NCBI GenBank assembly: GCA_963924565.1
Contig: OZ004608.1
Location: forward strand, 34,100,001 to 34,164,000
Origin: Ascidiella aspersa
Lineage: Eukaryota
Reading direction: 5' to 3'
Length of the DNA stretch: 64,000 nucleotides
Under the pieces are notes generated by a model. The model was not told where the DNA came from. It saw nothing but the letters and a program-made list of their open reading frames with translations, and did not search any database. Positions 60,891 to 64,000 of the stretch are shown here, one piece after another. The translations under genes and the position numbers were made by a program. Each line of letters begins with the position of its first letter. The first letter of the stretch is position 1.

Positions 60891-61605
60891 TGTAATGGCA
60901 ACCAAACTTTGATAAAAAATGGCTGCTTACCAAGTAGGTCATAAATTTATTGATTTGCGAACCGCCCTCCGACAATTGTATAAAACAGGTTAATTTTTTA
61001 TTTACAAGTAAGAGTAATATTGTACCAGTGTTATAAACGACAATTTACAAAACAAACAACTTGAATCCAAATCGAAAGTTATTCGGCTAAATGTTTGAGT
61101 CAAATGAGTCAAATGATCTGTCAAAATGCTGTAAGGCAAGTTCGAGTCTTTTGAAAACAATACCAACCGTTTTGTCTTTTTACACTCTACTTCATAATAC
61201 GAAATCCTCAATTTTTTGAAAAGGTTGTGCACCCCTGAAATAAACTCAACCACACTCGCATATATATGCGTGCAAATCTTGCTTTCCAACGAGTTTATAC
61301 GTCGAAAAAAAAACAAGCGCTATGCAGCCAGCAGTTCAAAGCGGGCCACCGACTTTTTTGCGATGCGAATAAACAAGATGATGTGAGATAGAGTTTGTGG
61401 TCGATTTCAACGCAGCCCACTGAGTCACACAATCATGTAGCTCAGACACTTATCAGCTGAAGTCTACCGCAACATTGAGCATTGTTTCGCGAAAGCCAAG
61501 CCTAGTGGCCTTCTAGCAAGTAAGCGGTTCGTCTTGTTGGCATTTTGGCTGCCCGGAGCTAGCGCCTGATTGGTTTGCTGTTAGTTCGGAGTAGAAAGCA
61601 AGGAA

Positions 61606-61688
61606 ATGCATTTTAACAACAGCACACAGACTCTTACACCTGTTGAGGAAAGCGGTTCAGGTGGTGGTGAGACAAAGTCGTCATTCAG
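61606..61688 (+). CDS. Type II membrane coiled-coil protein, probable first coding exon
   Basis: From the ATG at 61606 it encodes MHFNNSTQTLTPVEESGSGGGETKSSF. Donor CAG|GTAAAG is phase 2 and joins in frame to the acceptor at 62454. Confidence 0.6.
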
Positions 61689-61870
61689 GTAAAGCTATAG
61701 TCTCTAAGTTATTTAATAGGCTGCAGAAGCCCGTACAATAATATAAAATATGATAACAACTGGAACTAACATTAAAACCTTGGCTCTTTTATGTCAAACA
61801 TTGTGTTACAATAAGATGGTTACAGTGTCCCTTTGAAGTTCCAATTTCAAATTGTTTTTCGTCTGAATTT

Positions 61871-61957
61871 GTTAGTGACTTGATTTGTATAAAGTAAAAT
61901 CTGTTAGTGACTTGATTTGTATAAAGTAAAATTTGTTAGTGACTTGATTTGTATAAA
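61871..61957. repeat. 32-bp tandem repeat, about 2.7 units
   Basis: GTTAGTGACTTGATTTGTATAAAGTAAAAT(C/T)T starting at 61871, 61903 and 61935. Confidence 0.88.
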
Positions 61958-62453
61958 GGTAATGTTCAACCTCAAAATGGGGTATCTGTTTCAGAATAAA
62001 ATAGCAAATATAAGTATAGTAACACAAAGATGGGATATTTCTTTCTAAAAAGTACATCAAAATCAATTAGGGTCCGGCCAAATCAAAATAGAACATTGAA
62101 AGGAACATCTGTGCCAGAAATTCAACGTCTAACGTATACATGCCAATGAGCATAGCGCCACCACTAAATAGAACTGATTCTAGGGAAAATACACCGACTC
62201 CGACTCAGCAGCCCTGGTTTATACCTTATTGTTCTTTTTTCTTGCATCTCAATTTAGTCTCCTATATATATGTATAGTATTTTTTACGCCGTTTTGGCGT
62301 TAAAAGAAACAGCACAAAATTGTATGGCAGCAAAATCAACTTTCCTTTTATGTTTATGGCTTTTTTAATTTTTAACTGATCCCCATAATCACCGTGCACA
62401 AATTTCAAGAGCATGGAATATTTGAGAGATGACGTTGTGACAGTTATATTCAG

Positions 62454-62634
62454 TGCAACGGCTGTCCTTGCTTTTTGTCAACGAGCAATGCAGAAAAGCC
62501 GCTTTGCATGCTTATTATACAGGTTTTTGTCCGTGCGCAATCTGAAGTTAGGAGCATGGTGTGGACTAGTTCTTCTTGTCATTGTTCTCTCCATCGTTGG
62601 AGTTTGGTATTTAACTCGGAGGACATCGGATGCG
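62454..62634 (+). CDS. Type II membrane protein, transmembrane exon
   Basis: Acceptor ttatattcAG. Encodes ATAVLAFCQRAMQKSRFACLLYRFLSVRNLK-LGAWCGLVLLVIVLSIVGVWYL-TRRTSDA, a single hydrophobic span preceded by basic residues. Donor GCG|GTAAGA, phase 0. Confidence 0.75.
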
Positions 62635-63184
62635 GTAAGAGTAACCTTTTTTCTGTTTTGAATTTTTTAATGACGTTTATATAATGTATGATAAACTAGT
62701 AATTAAACGTTCAAAAATGAATAACAATTGTTAACAATGAAAAACTGAATATCGTTTGTATACAATATACAATTATACATGATTAATGAATATGCCAAAA
62801 TATTTTTTCACCTCGCTGACTAACAACACTTTTACTTCTTCCCAAGAATGCAAATGTAAGCACGCCGAGAATCATGTAAGAGAACGTAATTCTATAAAGT
62901 CACTTAGTAGCTTATTCCGATTTAAAGTACTTGTAATTACTAGTGAATTTTAATTATGGCAAATGTTTAGAGGCTAAAATAAATTCATTTTAGTAGCAGC
63001 ATGGTTCTCTATCCATGTTTATCAAGGATGACTGTGTCGTTTACAATAGCTTACCCAGCAAATAGTTTATTTCCCTCAAAAGGGCTTAGTAAACATAGAA
63101 AAAAAGTAATTTTGGGTCATTTTTTTTTTGGATAAGCGTAGCAATCCGACAGTTGTCTCACATTTTTCCGTTCTCTATGTCCAG

Positions 63185-64000
63185 CCAGCGTCTCATGCAG
63201 AGCAAAGATTGGTTTCTCAAGTAAAAGCCGCGAACTGGCCAACACAGCAACCCCAACACGACATCCCTGTGATCTACACACAGCTGGATTTGTTCGACAT
63301 TAAGGATCACATCGAAGAAACTAGGAAAATAAATTTGAAGCGATTCGGAGAAACCGCCCTTAAGATTGAGATCCTTAATGAGCGCTTAAACATACTAGAA
63401 CGTGAAGTTGTTAGGCTCAAGTCTAGATCTCCTGATTGCTGTGATGTAAAATCCCTTAACAAAACGACCAAAGAAAACAATACAGACGTACAGGCAAATT
63501 TGCGGATTTTTGACAAGGATTCTTCGCCAAATAAGACTGTGAATGCTCAAATCAATCTTGAAACTAAACTCAACGCATTAAATGAAACTATGATTTATTT
63601 TCAAGAAAAGGTACAAAATGATTCAAAATCATATGAAAGGAAATTACAACAACAAAATGTCAAGTTTAATTCGACATTAAAAGCTATGGAAAATGCAACA
63701 AATGCAAAAATTGTTAACTTACGCAAAGAAATCGTTTATTCAGATCGCCTCAAACATGCATCCCTACAAGTAATGATAAACAATTCGTGTCAAATGCTTA
63801 TAAAGGGCATGTTATCAAGTTTTCCAAACCAAAGCATTGACTTAATGAAGTCACATCTTCATAAAGACTTTACCAACTTCTCAAAAGAAACGAAGGACAA
63901 CAGTAGCTTTTCTAGTCAGGAGGGTGCAAACCTAAAACAAATCTTGTTGCTACAAAAGCAGGTACAAATGGTGAACTCCAGCCTGAAGACTCATAACCAA
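63185..64000 (+). CDS. Type II membrane protein, large extracellular coiled-coil/stalk exon (runs off the window; missed by the ORF track)
   Basis: Acceptor ttctctatgtccAG, phase 0. 272 uninterrupted codons PASHAEQRLVSQ...KIEILNERLNILEREVVRLKS...LETKLNALNETM...VNSSLKTHNQ, with heptad-like Leu/Ile spacing and about 12 N-X-S/T sequons. Confidence 0.85.

Noticed and set aside
62413-62453. ATG 62413 as the start of the downstream gene
   Set aside because: An acceptor at 62453 joins in frame to an upstream ATG exon with a strong donor, which is the more coherent model; the 62413 start is not excluded.

Overview
AT-rich, intron-containing animal genomic DNA. It is an invertebrate, plausibly an ascidian tunicate (inferred from composition, repeat landscape and protein divergence, not proven). 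Three spliced + strand genes can be reconstructed by hand with matching splice phases. (1) The last four coding exons of a SPATA6 orthologue (205-4313). (2) After a ~29-kb gene-free interval, a complete four-exon hedgehog gene (33529-60049, ~625 aa from the first ATG). It has intact Zn2+ and Hint catalytic residues, but an eroded Ca2+ groove, a CFPGP N-terminus, a 137-aa leader, a 12-aa tandem-repeat insertion in the Hint domain and an altered sterol-recognition motif. (3) The start of a type II membrane, coiled-coil, heavily N-glycosylated protein (61606 to beyond 64000). Non-coding DNA holds hAT-type MITEs (8-bp TSDs), minisatellites and GC-rich islands that are probable hh enhancers. The most novel-looking signal is a set of several families of tiny asymmetric-hairpin, Penelope-like retroelements. 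They carry minimal hammerhead ribozyme motifs (both CUGA[AU]GA and U3-A8 'UUGAAAA' cores) and 12-bp TSDs. One family appears to have inserted twice, independently, at the same site of a hAT MITE. Most entries in the ORF track are spurious.
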